DNA of 64,000 nt. Origin: the human T2T-CHM13v2.0 reference genome, Homo sapiens. The notes below the pieces were generated by a model. It was not told the DNA's origin. It saw only the letters and a program-made list of their open reading frames with translations, and ran no database searches. The stretch lies in assembly GCF_009914755.1 (NCBI RefSeq), contig NC_060933.1. The stretch is one strand, 5' to 3'. This document shows, in pieces, positions 13,146 through 26,599 of the stretch; the first letter of the stretch is position 1, and each line of letters begins with the position of its first letter. The position numbers and the translations under genes are program-made.

Positions 13146-13205
13146 GAACCAGAACACGAAATCGAACCCGAACCTGAACCCAAACCCTAACCCTAACCCT
13201 AACCC
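13146..13205 (-). repeat. Short interstitial telomeric sequence (canonical plus variant hexamers) at the array strand switch
   Basis: + strand reads GAACCA GAACAC GAAATC GAACCC GAACCT GAACCC AAACCC TAACCC TAACCC TAACCC (ten hexamers). The - strand reads GGGTTA x3, GGGTTT, GGGTTC and then degenerate units. It is the only 6-bp-period sequence seen in the window. Confidence 0.9.
13179..13205 (-). other. Potential telomeric G-quadruplex (five GGG tracts)
   Basis: The - strand reads GGGTTAGGGTTAGGGTTAGGGTTTGGG. This includes the 21-mer GGG(TTAGGG)3 (13185-13205), the core of the well-characterised human telomeric G4. Folding in vivo is not shown by the sequence. Confidence 0.7.
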
Positions 13206-13989
13206 ATTTGACTCGGTTTGATTCCATTGCATTCCATTCCTTTCCATTCCATTCCATTCCACTGGGGTTGATTCCATTCCATTCCATTCCATTCCATTCC
13301 CCTCATGTGTATTCCATTCCATTCCATTCCATTGCATTCCATTCCATTCCATTCCATTCCATTCCATTCCATTCTATTACATTCTGGTTGATTCCATTGC
13401 ATTCCATTCCATTCCATTCCATTCCATTCCATTCCCTTCCATTCCATTCCTTTCCACTAGTGTTGATTCCATTGCATTCCATTGCATTCCACTCCATGCA
13501 GGTTGATTCCATTCCATTCCAATCCATTCCATTCCAAATGGGTTGATTCCATTCGATTCCTTTCCATTCCATTCAATTCCGTTCCATTCCATTCCATTTC
13601 ATTCCATTTTTTCCATTCCATTTCATTCCATTTCTTTCCATTCCATTCCATTCAATTTCATTCAGGTTGATTAAATTCCATTGCATTCCATTCCGTTCCA
13701 TTCCATTCGGTTTGATTCCATTCCATTCCGTTCCATTCCGTTCCACTCAGGTTGATGCCATTCCATTCCATTCCTTTCCATTCCATTCCATTCCATTCCA
13801 TTCCATTCCATTCCATTCCATTCCATACCTTTGCATTCCATTTCATTCCATTCCATTCCATTCCATTCCACTCGGGTTAATTCCATTCCATTCCATTCCA
13901 TTGCATTCCCGTCCATTCCCTTCCATTCCACACGTGTTGATACCATGCCATAGCATTCCATTTCATTCCATTCCACTCCATTCGATTCC

Positions 13990-14920
13990 ATTCCATTCCA
14001 TTACACTCGGGTTGATTCCATTCCATTCCATTCCATTCGAATCCACTTGATTCCATTCTATTCCATTCCATTCCATTCCATTCCATTCAACTCCTTTCCA
14101 TTGCATTCCACTCGGGTTGATTCTATTCCAATCCAATCCATTCCATTCCGTTCCATTCCATTCCATTACATTCCATTCCACTCGGGAAGATTCCATTCCA
14201 TTCGATTCCATTCATTTACATTCCATTCCACTCTCGTTGATTCCATTCCAATTCCAATGCATTCCGTTTCATTCCATTTCATTACATTTCATTCCATTCA
14301 ATTCTATTCCTTTCGGATTGATTACATTCCATTGCATTCCATTCCGTTCCATTCCATTCGGATTGATTCCATAACATTCCATTCCATTGCTTTCCATTCC
14401 ATTCCATTCCATTCCATTCCATTCCATTCCATTCCATACTATTCCATTCTATTCCATTCCATTCCATTACACTCGGGTTGATTCCATTCCATTCCATTCC
14501 ATTCGAATCCACTTGATTCCATTCTATTCCATTCCATTCCATTCCATTCCATTCAACTCCTTTCCATTGCATTCCACTCGGGTTGATTCTATTCCAATCC
14601 AATCCATTCCATTCCGTTACATTCCATTCCATTACATTCCATTCCACTCGGGAAGATTCCATTCCATTCGATTCCATTCATTTACATTCCATTTCACTCT
14701 CGTTGATTCCATTCCAATTCCAATGCATTCCGTTTCATTCCATTTCATTACATTTCATTCCTTTCAATTCTATTCCTTTCGGATTGATTACATTCCATTG
14801 CATTCCATTCCATTCCATTCCATTCGGGTTGATTCCATAACATTCCATTCCATTGCTTTCCATTCCATTCCATTCCATTCCATTCCATTCCATTCCATTC
14901 CATTCCATTCCATACTATTC
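13990..14920 (-). repeat. 466-bp near-identical tandem duplication
   Basis: TTACACTCGGGTTG...TTCGAATCCACTTGA at 14001 and 14467. The ORF track gives near-identical translations at 14117 and 14583 (offset 466). Confidence 0.9.
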
Positions 14921-17900
14921 CATTCTATTCCTGTCCATTCCATTCCACTCGGGTTGATTCCATTCCATTCTGTTCCTTTCCATTCCATTCCATTCCATTC
15001 CATTCCATTCCATTCCTCTCGTGTTGATTCCATTCAATTCCATTCCATTCCATTGAATTCCACTCCGATCCATTCCATTCCACTCGGGTTCTTGCCATTC
15101 CATTCCATTCCATTCCATTCCTTTTCTTTCCATTCCACTCGGATTGATTCCATTCCATTCCATTCCATTCCATTCCATTCCATTCCAGTCCATTGCACTG
15201 GGTTTGATTCCATTCAATTCAATTCCAAACCATTCCATTCAATTCCATTTGATTGCTTTTCATTGCATTCCATTCCATTCCATTCCACTCCACTCCACTC
15301 GGGTAGATTCCATTACCTTGCATTCCATTCCATTCCCTTCCATTCCACTCGGGGTGATTCCATTCCATTGCATTCCATTCCATTCCTTTCCATTCCATTC
15401 CACTCGTGTTGATTCCATTCCATTCCATTCCATTCCATTCCATTCCTTTCCATTCCATTCCCATTCATTCCACTGGGGTTGATTCCATTCCATTCCATTC
15501 CATTCCATTGCATTCCATTCCATTCCATTCTAAACCATTCCATTCCATTCCATTACATTCCACACGGGTTGATTCCATTCTATTCCATTCCATTACTTTC
15601 CATTCCATTCCACTCGGGTTGATTCCATTCCTTTCCATTCTACTCCATTACATTCCCTGCTATTCCACTCGGAATGACTCCATTCCATTCTATTCCATTG
15701 CAATCCATTCCATTGCATTCAATTCCACTCGAGATGATTCCATTCCATTCCATTCCATTCCATTTCATTACATTCCATTCCAATCCATTCCATTCGGGAT
15801 GATTCTATTCAATTCCTTTCCACTCTATTCGATTCCATTCCATTCCACACCATTCCATACCCTTCCATTCCAATCTGGTTGACTCCATTACATTGAATTC
15901 CATTCCTTTCCATTTCTTTCCATTCCATTGCATTCCATTCCATTCCATTCCATTCCATTCCATTCCATTCCATTCCATTCTATTCCTTTACATTCCACTC
16001 TGTTTGATTCAGTTCCATTCCATTCCATTCCACGCGAGTTGATTCCATTCCATTCTATTCCATTTCATTCCATTCCACTCCATTCGATTCCATTCCATTC
16101 AGTTCCATTTGGGTAGATTCCATTCCTTTTCATTCCATTCCATTCCATTCCATTCTGGTAGATTCCATTCCATTCCATTCCATTCCATTGCACTCGGGTT
16201 GATTCCATTCCATTCCATTCCATTCCATTCTTTTCCATTCCATTCCACTCGGGGTGATTCCATTTCATTCCATTCCATTCCATTCCATTCCATTCCATTC
16301 CATTCCATTCCCTTCCATTCCACTCGGATTGATAACATTCCTTTCCATTCCACTCGATTACATTCCCTTCTATTCTACTCGGAATGATTCCATTCCATTC
16401 CATTCCATTCCATTGCAATCCATTCCATTGCATTCCATTCCATTAAATTGAATTCCATTGCAATACATTCCATTCCATTCCATTCCATTCGGTTCCATTC
16501 CATTCCTTTCCATTCGAGTTGATTCTATTCAATTCGTTTACACACCATTCCATTCCATTCCATTCCACACAATTCCATTCGATTCCATTCCATTCCAATC
16601 GGGTTGAATCCATTCCATTCCATTTCACTCCATTCCATTCTATTCCATTCCATTCCAGTACATTTCATTCCCTTCCATTCAACTCGGGTTCAATCAATTC
16701 CATTCAATTCCTTTCCATTCCATTTAATTTTATTCCATTCCATTCCATTCCAGTTGATTCCATTCCATTCCATTCCATTCCATTACACTCGGGTTGATTC
16801 CATTCCATTCCATTTCAGTATTTTCCATTCCAGTAAATTCTATTCCATTAAGTTCCATTCCACTCGGGTTGTTTACATTCCATTCCATTCCATTCCATTC
16901 CATTCCATTCCATTCCCATTCATTCCACTGGTGTTGAGTCCATTCCATTCCATTCCAATCCATTCCATTCCAGTTTATTCCATTCCATTCCATTCCATTC
17001 CATACCAATCCATTCCATTCTACTGCATTCCACACTGGTTGATTCCATTCCATTCAATTCCCTTCCTTTCCATTCCATTCCACTCGGATTGATTCCATTC
17101 TTTTCCATTCCATCTATTACTTTACCTGCTCTTCCACTCTTAATGATTCCATTCCATTTCATTCCATTCCATTCCAACCCATTCCTTTCCATTCCATTCC
17201 ACTCGAGTTGATTCCATTCCATTCCGTTGATTCCATTCCATTCCATTCCATTCCAATCCATTCCATTAGTCTTGATTCTATTCAATTCCTTTCCACTCCA
17301 TTCCATTCAATTCCATTCCACTCTGTCTGATTCAGTTCCATTCCATTCCATTCCACGTGAGTTGATTACATTCCATTCTATTCCGTTTCATTCCATTCCA
17401 CTCCATTCGTTTCCATACCATTCCATTCCATTTGGGGAGATTCCTTTACATTCCATTACATTCCATTTCATTCCATTCGTGTATATTCCATTCCATTCCA
17501 TTCCATTTCATTCCACTCCACTCCATTGCACTCGGGTTGATTCCATTCCCTTCCATTCAATTCCATTCCAGTCCTCTCGGGTTGATTCCGTTCCATTCCG
17601 TTCCATTTCATTCCATTCCACTCCATTCGATTCCATTCAATTCCATTGCATTGGGGTAGATTCCATTCCATTCCATTCCATTCCATTCCATTCCACTCGG
17701 GTTGATTCCATTCCATTCCTTTCCATTCATTTCCATTCCATTCCACTTGATTCCATTCCATTGTATTCCATTCCACTGTATTCCATTCCATTCCATTCCG
17801 TTCCATTCCATTCCATTCCATTCCATTCCATTCCATTCCATTCCATTCCATTCCATTCCACTCGGGTTGATTCCATTCCATTCCATTCCATTCCATTCCA

Positions 17901-20900
17901 TTCCATTCCATTCCATTCCACTCGGGTTGATTCCATTCCATTCAATTCCATTCCATTCCACTCCTTTCCATTCCATTCCACTCAGATTCATTCCATTCCA
18001 TTCTATTCCATTCCACACCATTCCATTCCCTTCCATTCCAATCAGGATGATTCCATTCCATTCAATTCCATTCCATTCCATTTCTTTCCATTCCATTCTA
18101 TTCCATTCCAATCCATTCCATTCCATTCCATTCCACTCTGTTTAATTCAGTTCCATTCAATTCCATTCCGAACGATTTGATTCCATTCCATTATATTCCG
18201 TTTCATTCCATTCTACTCCATTCGATTCGATTCCATTCCATTCCATTCGGGTAGATTCCATTCCATTCCATTCCATTCTATTGCATTCCATTACATTACC
18301 TTCCACTCGGGTTTATTCTATTCCATTCCACTCCATTCCATTCCATTCCGTTATATTCCATTCCACTCGAGTTGATTCCATTGCATTACATTCCATTCCA
18401 CTGCATTCCATTCAATTCCATTCTATTCCATTCGTTTAGATTCCATTCCATTCCATTCCATTCCATTCCTTTCCATTCCATTACACTCGGCTTCATTCAA
18501 TTCCATTCCATTCAATTATATTCCACTGCATTCCTTTCCATTCCATTCTACTCGGGGTGATTCCATTGCATTCCATTCTATTCCATTCCACTCCATTCCA
18601 TTCCACTTTGTTTCACTCCATTCCATTCCATTCCATTCCATTCCATTCCATTCCATTCCATTCCATTGCATTCCATTCCAATCCATTCCATTCCATTCCA
18701 ATTCGGTTGAATCCATTCCATTCCATTTCGTTCCATTCCATTCTATTCCGTAGCATTCCATTCCATTCCATTCCATTCCATTCCATGCTATTCCACTCGG
18801 TTTGTTTCCTTTCCATTCAATTCCATTCGGGTTGATTATATTCCATTCCATTCCATTCCATTCCATTCCATTCCATTCCATTCCATTGCACTCGGGTTGA
18901 TTCCATTCCATTCCACTACATTCCATTCCATTCCATTCCATTCCATTCCATTCCACTCCATTCCATTCGGGATGATTCCATTCCATTCCATTTCATTCCA
19001 TTCCATTCCATTCCATTCCATTCCATTTCATTCCATTCCATTCCATTCCATTCCATTCGATTCCTCTCGAGTTGATTCCATTTCATTCCTTTCCATTCCA
19101 TTCCATTCCCTTCCATTCCACTCGGGTTGATTCCATTCCTTTCCATTCCATTGGATTACATTCCCTTCCATTCCACTCGGAATGATTCCATTCCATTCCA
19201 TTGCAATCCATTCCAATCCATTCCATTCCATTCCATTCCACTCGAGTTGATTCCATTCCATTCCATTCCATTCCATTCCATTCCGTTCCATTCCAATTGG
19301 GTTGAATCAATTTCTTTCAATTTCGTTCCATTCCATTAGATTCCGAACCATTCAGTTGCATTCCATTCCCTTCCTTTCCATGCCATTCCACTCGGGTTGA
19401 TTCCACTTCATTCCATTCTATTCGGGTTGGTTCCATTCCATTGCACTCGAGTTGATTCCATTTCATTCCATTGCATTCCATTCCATTCCATTCCATTCCT
19501 TTCCATTCCATTCCACTCGAGTTGATTCCATTCTATACTTTTCCATTTCCTTCCATTCCCTTCCATTCCACTCGGGGTGATTCCATTCCTTTCCATTCCA
19601 CTCGAATACATTCCCTTCTATTCAACTCGGAATGATTCCATTCCATTCCATTCCATTCCATTCCATTCCATTCCATTCCATTCCATTTCGTTGCATTCCA
19701 TTCTATTCCATACCATTCCATTCCATTCCATTCCATTGCATTCCATTCCATTCCATGCCATTCCACTCGGGTTGATTCCATTCCTTTCCACTCCATTCGG
19801 GTTGAATCCATTTCATTCCATTCCATTCCATTCAATTGCACTCGGGTTGATTCCATTCCATTCCATTCCATTTCATTCCATTCCATTCCATTCCATTCCA
19901 TTCCACTCCATTCCATTCGGGTTGATTCCATTCCATTCCATTCCATTCCATTCAACTCTGTTTGATTGAGTTCCACTCCATTCCATTCCATGCGATTTGA
20001 TTCCATTCCATTCTATTCCGTTTCATTCCATTCCACGCCATACTATTCCATTACATTCCATTCCACTTGGGTACATTCCATTCCATTCCATTGCATTCCA
20101 TTCCCTTCCATTCCACTCGGGTTGATTCCATTCCTTTCCATTGCACTCGATTACATTCCCTTCCATTCCACTCGTAATGATTCCTTTCCATTCCATTGCA
20201 CTCCATTCCATTCCATTCCATTCCATTCCACTCGAGTTGATTCTATTCCATTCCATTGCATTCCATTCTGTTCCATTCCATTCCTTTCCATTCCATTCCA
20301 TTCCATTCCATTCGGGTTGATTCTATTCAATTCCTTTACACTCCTTTCCATTCCATTCTATTCCACACAATTCCATTCCAATCCATTCCATTCCAATTGG
20401 GTTGAATCAATTTCATTCCACTTCGTTCCATTCCTTTCTATTCCGTACCATTCCATTCCATTCCATTTCCTTTCCATTCCATGCCATTCCACTCAGGTTG
20501 ATTCCATTTCATTCCATTCTATTCGGGTTGCTTCCATTCCATTCCATTCCATTCCATTCCATTCCATTGCACTCGAGTTGATTCCATTCCATTCCATTCC
20601 ATACCATTTTATTCCTTTCCATTCCATTCCACTGCGGTTCATTCCATTCCATTCCTTTCCATTCCATTCCCTTCCATTCCACTCGGGTTGATTCCATTCC
20701 TTTCCATTCCACTCGATTCCATTCCCTTCCATTCCACTCGGAATGATTCCCTTCCAGTCCATTCCCTTCCATTCCCTTCCCTTGCATTCCATTCCAATGC
20801 ATTCCATTCCATTCCATTCCACTCGAGTTGATTCCATTCCATTCCATTCCATTCCATTCCATTCCGTTCCGTTCCATTCAATTCCATTCCATTCAGGTTG

Positions 20901-23900
20901 ATTCTATTCAATTCTTTACACTCCATTCCATTCTCTTCAATTCCACACAATTTCATTTCATTCCATTCCATTCCATTCCATTCCAATCGGGTTGAATCCA
21001 TTCCATTGCATTTCGTTCTATTCCATTCTATTCAATACCATTCCATTCCATTCCATTCCTTTCCATTCCATGCCATTCCACTCGGGTTGATTCCATTTCA
21101 TTCCATTCTATTCGGGTTGATTCCATTCCATTCCATTCCTTTCCATTCCATTCCTTTGCACTCGAGATGATTCCATTCCATTCCATTCCATTACATTCCT
21201 TTCGATTCCACTCCACTCGGGTTGATTCCATTCTATTCCTTGCCATTCCAATCCATTCCCTTCCATTCCACTGGGGATGATTCCATTCCTTTCCATTCCA
21301 CTCGAATACATTCCCGTCTATTCCACTCGGAAAGATTCCATTCCATTCCATTCCATTCCATTCCATTCCATTCCATTCCATTCCTTTTCGTTCCATTCCA
21401 TTCTATTCAGTACCATTCCATTCCATTCCATTCCATTGCCTTCCATTCCATTCTTTTCGATAACATTCTATTGCACTCGTGTTGATTCCGTTCCATTCCA
21501 TTCCATTCCATTGCATTCCACTCCATTCCACTCTGTTTGATTCCGTTGCATTCCATTCAATTCCACGCGATTTGATTCCATTCCATTCTATTCCGTTTCA
21601 TTCCATTCCACGCCATACGATTCCATTACATTACATTCCACTCGGATACATTCCATTCCGTTCCATTCCATTCCATTCCATTCCATTCTGGTAGATTCCA
21701 TTCCATTCCATTCTATTGCATTCCATTCCATTCCATTCCATTCCACTCGGGTTGATTCCATTCCTTTCCATTCCACTCGATTACATTCCCTTCCATTCCA
21801 CTCGGAATGATTGCATTCCATTCCATTCCATTCCATTCCATTCCATTACATTACATTACATTACATTGCACTTGGGTTGATTCCATTCCTTTCCATTCCA
21901 CTCGATTACATTCCCTTCCATTCCACTCGGAGTGATCCCACTCCATTCCATTGCATTTCATTGGAATCCATTCCAATCCATTCCATTCCATTCCATTCCA
22001 ATTGTGTTGAATACATTCCATTCCATTTCGTCCCATTCCATTCTATTCCGTACCATTCTGTTCCATTCCATTCCATTCCATTCCATGCCACTGCACTCGG
22101 GTTGATTCCTTTCCCTTCCATTCCATTCGGGTTGATTATATTCCACTCCATTCCATTCCATTCCATTCCATTCCATTCGATTGCACTCGGGTTGATTCCA
22201 TTCCATTCCTTTCCGTTCCATTCCATTCCTTTCCATTCTATTGGACTCGAGTTGATTCCATTCCATTCCATTCCATTCCATTCCATTCCATTCCATTCCA
22301 TTCCTTTCCACTCGGGTTGATTCTATTCCATTACTTTCCATTCCATTCCATTCCATTCCATACCCCTCGTGTTGATTCCATTCCTTTCCATTCCATTCGA
22401 TTACATTCCCTTCCATTCCACTCGGAATGATTCCATTCCATTACATCACATTCAATTCCAACCCTTTCCCTTCCATTCCATTCCACACGAGTTGATTCCA
22501 TTCCATTCCACTCCATTGCATTCCATTCCATTCCATTCCATTCCTTTCCATTCAATTCCACTCTGGTTGATTCCATTCTATTCTTTTCCATTCCATTTCG
22601 TTTCCTTCCATTCAACTCGGGTTGATTCCATTCCTTTCCGTTCCACTCGAATACATTACCTTCTATTCCACTCGGAATTATTCCACTCCATTCCATTTCA
22701 TTCCATTCCATTCCATTCCATTTCGTTCCATTCCATTCTATTCCGTACCATTCCATTCCATTCCTTTCCATTCTATTGCATTCCATGCCATTCCACTCGG
22801 GTTGATTCCATTCCTTTCCATTCCATTCGGGTTGAATCCATTCCTTTCCATTCCATTCCATTCGATTCCATTCCATTGCACTCGGGTTGATTCCATTCCA
22901 TTCCATTCCATTCCATTCCATTCCATTCCATTCCATTCCATTCCATTCCGCTCCGCTCCATTCCATTCGGGATGATTCCATTCCATTCCATTCCATTCCA
23001 TTCCATTCCATTCCACTCTGTTTGATTCAGTTCCATTCCATTCTATTACAAGCGATTTGATTCCATTCCATTCTATTCCGTTTCATTCCATTCCACGCCA
23101 TAAGATTCCATTCCATTCCACTCCATTCGGGTAAATTCCATTCCATTCCATTACATTCCATTCCATTACATTGCATTCCATTCCATTCTGGTAGATTCCA
23201 TTCCATTCCATCCCATTCCATTCCATTCCATTCCATTCCATTGCATTCCATTCCATTCCTTTGCACTCGGGTTGATTCCTTTCCTTTCCATTCCACTCGA
23301 TTACATTCCCTTCCATTCCACTCGGAATGATTCCAGTCCATTAGATTCCTTTCCATTGCATTCCATTCCAATCCATTCCATTCCACTAGAGTTGATTCCA
23401 TTCCATTCCATTCTATTCCATTCCGTTCCTTTCCATTCCATTCCATTCCATTCCGTTCCATTCGGGTTGATTCTATTCAATTCCTTTACAATCTATTCCA
23501 TTCCATTCCATTCCATTTCATTCGGGTTGATTCTATTCAATTCCTTAACAATCTATTCCATTCCATTCCATTCCATTCAATTCCATTCCATTCCATTCCA
23601 CTGCAATTGTGTTGAATCCATTTCATTCCATTTCGTTCCATTCCATTCTATTCTGTACAATTCCATTCCATTCATTTCCTTAAAATTCCATGCCATTCCA
23701 ATCGGGTTGATTCCATTTCATTCCATTCTATTCGGGTTCATTCCATTCCATTCCATTCCATTCCATTCCATTCCCATCCGCTCCGTTTCATTCCATCACA
23801 TTCCATTCGGATTGATTCTATTCAATTCCGTTACACTCCATTCCATTCCATTCCATTCCACACAATTCCATTCCATTCCATTCCATTCCAAGTGGGTTGA

Positions 23901-26599
23901 ATGCATTCTATTCCATTTCGTTCCATTCATTTCTATTCCAATCCTTTCCATTCCATTACATGCGATTCCATTCCATGCCTTTCTACTCGGGTTGATTCCA
24001 TTCCATTCCATTCCATTCCATTCCATTCCATTCCATTCCATTCCTTTCCATTCCTCTCGGGTTGATTCCATTCCATTCCTTTCCATTCCATTCCATTCCC
24101 TTACATTCCACTTGGGTTGATTCCATCCATTTCCATTCCACTCGATTACATTCCCTTCCATTCCACTCGGAATGATTCCATTCCGTTCCATTGCATTCCA
24201 TTCCAATCCTTTCCATACCATTCCATTCCACTCGAGTTGATTCCATTTCATTCCATTCGATTACATTCCTTTCCATTCCATTCCATTACATTACATTCTA
24301 TTCCATTCCATTCGGGTTGATTCTATTCAATTGTTTACACTCCATTCCATTCCACTCCATTCCACACAATTCCATTCCATTACATTCCATTCCATTCCAT
24401 TTGGGTTGAATCCATTCCATTCCATTTCATTCCATTCCATTCTGTTCCGTATCATTCCATTCCATTCCATTCCATTCCATTCCATTCCATTCCATTCCAT
24501 TCCACTGCATTCCGTTCCATTCCATTCCATTCCTTTCCTTTCCATTCCATGCCATTCCACTTGGGTTGATTTCATTCAATTCCATTCTATTCTGGTTGTT
24601 TCCATTCCATTCCATTCCATTCCATTCCGTTGCACTTCATTTGATTCCGTTCCATTCCATTCCATACCATTCCATTCCACTCGAGTTGATTCCATTCCAT
24701 TCCATTCCATTGCATTCCATTCCATTCAATTCCATTCCATTCCATTCGGGTTGATTCTATTCAATTCTTTACACTCCATTCCATTCCATTCCATTCCACA
24801 AAATTCCATTCCATTCCATTCCAATTGGGTTGAATCAATTCCATTCCATTTCGTTCCATTCCATTCTATTCCGTACCATTCCATTCCATTCCATTACATT
24901 GCATTCCTTTCCATTCCATTCCATTCGGGTTGATTCTATTCAATTACTTTACACTGCATTCCATTCCATTCCTTTGCACACAATTCCATTGCTTTCCATT
25001 CCATTCCAATTGGGTTGAATCCATTCCGTTCCTTTTCGTTCCATTCCACTCTATTCCGTACCATTCCATTCCATTCCATTCGTTTCCATTCCATGCCATT
25101 CCACTCGGGTTGATTCCATTCCATACCGTTCCATTCCATTCCATTCCATTCTATTCGCGTTAATTCCATTCAATTTCATTCCATTACCTTCCATTGCAAT
25201 CGAGTTGATTCCATTCCATTCCATTCCATTCTATTCAATTCAACTCCTTTCCATTCCATTCCACTCGTGTTGATTCCATTTTATTGGTTTCCATTCCATT
25301 CCATTCCCTTCCATTCCACTCGGGTTGATTCCATTCCTTTCCATTCCACTCGAATACATTCAATTCTGTTCCACTCGGAGTGATTCCATTCCATTCCATT
25401 CCATTCCAATTGGGTTGAATGCATTCCATTCCATTTCGTTCCAATCCATTCTATTCCGTACCATTCCATTCCTATCCATTTCATTCCATTCCATGCCATT
25501 CCACTCGGGAAGATTCCATTCCACTCCATTCCACTCGGGTTGATTCCATTCCATTCCATTCCATACAATTGCTCTCGGGTTGATTCCGTTACATTCTATT
25601 CCATTCCATTCCATTCCATTCCACTCCTTTCAATTCCTTTCCGTTTCATTCCACTCGGGTTGATTCCATTCCATTCCATTCCATTCCATTCCCTTCAATT
25701 CTCTTCCATTGCTTTCCATTCCAATCCATTCCATTCCATTCCATTCCACTCTAGTTGATTCCATTCCATTCCATTCCATTCCATTCCATTCCATTCCATT
25801 CCATTCCATTCCTTTCCATTCCACTCCACTCTGCTTGATTCCATTCTATTCTTTTCCATTCCTTTCCGTTCCCTTCCATTCCACTCGGGTTGATTCCATT
25901 CCTTTCCATTCCACTCGAATACATTCCCTTCTATTCCACTCGGAATTATTCCACTCCATTTCATTCCATTCCATTCCATTCCATTCCATTCCATTCCATT
26001 CCATTTCGTTCCATTCCATTCTATTCCGTACCATTCCATTCCTTTACTTTCCATTCTATTCCATTCCATGCCATTTCAATCGGTTTGATTCCATTCCTTT
26101 CCATTCCATTCGGGTTCAATCCATTCCATTCCATTCCATTCCATTCCATTCCATTCCATTCCATTCCATTCCATTGCACTCGCGTTGATTCCATTCCATT
26201 CCATTCCATACCATTCCATTCCATTCCATTCCATTCTGCTCCATTCCATTCGGTATGATGCCATTCCGTTCCATTCCATTCCATTCCATTCCATTTCATT
26301 CTGATAGATTCCATTCCATTCCATTCCATTCCATTCCATTGCACTAGGTTTGATTCCATTCCTTTCCATTACACTCGATTTCATTCCCTTCCTTTCCACT
26401 CGGAATGATTCCACTCCATTCCATTCCATTCCATTCCATTCCATTCCATTCCATTCCATTGCATTCCATTTCTTTCCATTCCATTCTATTCCGTACCATT
26501 CCATTCCATTCCTTTCCATTCCCTGCCATTCCACTCGGGTTGATTCCATTCCATTCCATTCCGTTCTATTCGGGTTGATTCCATTCCATTCCATTCCAT

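Noticed and set aside
13146-13205. Head-to-head telomere fusion site of the chromosome 2q13 type, or a true chromosome end
   Set aside because: Only one orientation of telomeric repeat is present (no TTAGGG-to-CCCTAA switch), it is only 60 bp long, and no subtelomeric TAR1-like sequence flanks it.
13039-13367. Junction-spanning ORFs containing VRVRVRV or GLGLGLG
   Set aside because: These are simply (TTAGGG)n translated (VR and GL dipeptide repeats). With only about three units inside artefactual satellite ORFs there is no evidence of translation.
12000-14400. Perfect fold-back palindrome centred on the junction (breakage-fusion-bridge or chimeric-read artefact)
   Set aside because: Variant strings on the two sides are not mirror images at equal distance. 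The nearest inverted homolog is offset and diverged.
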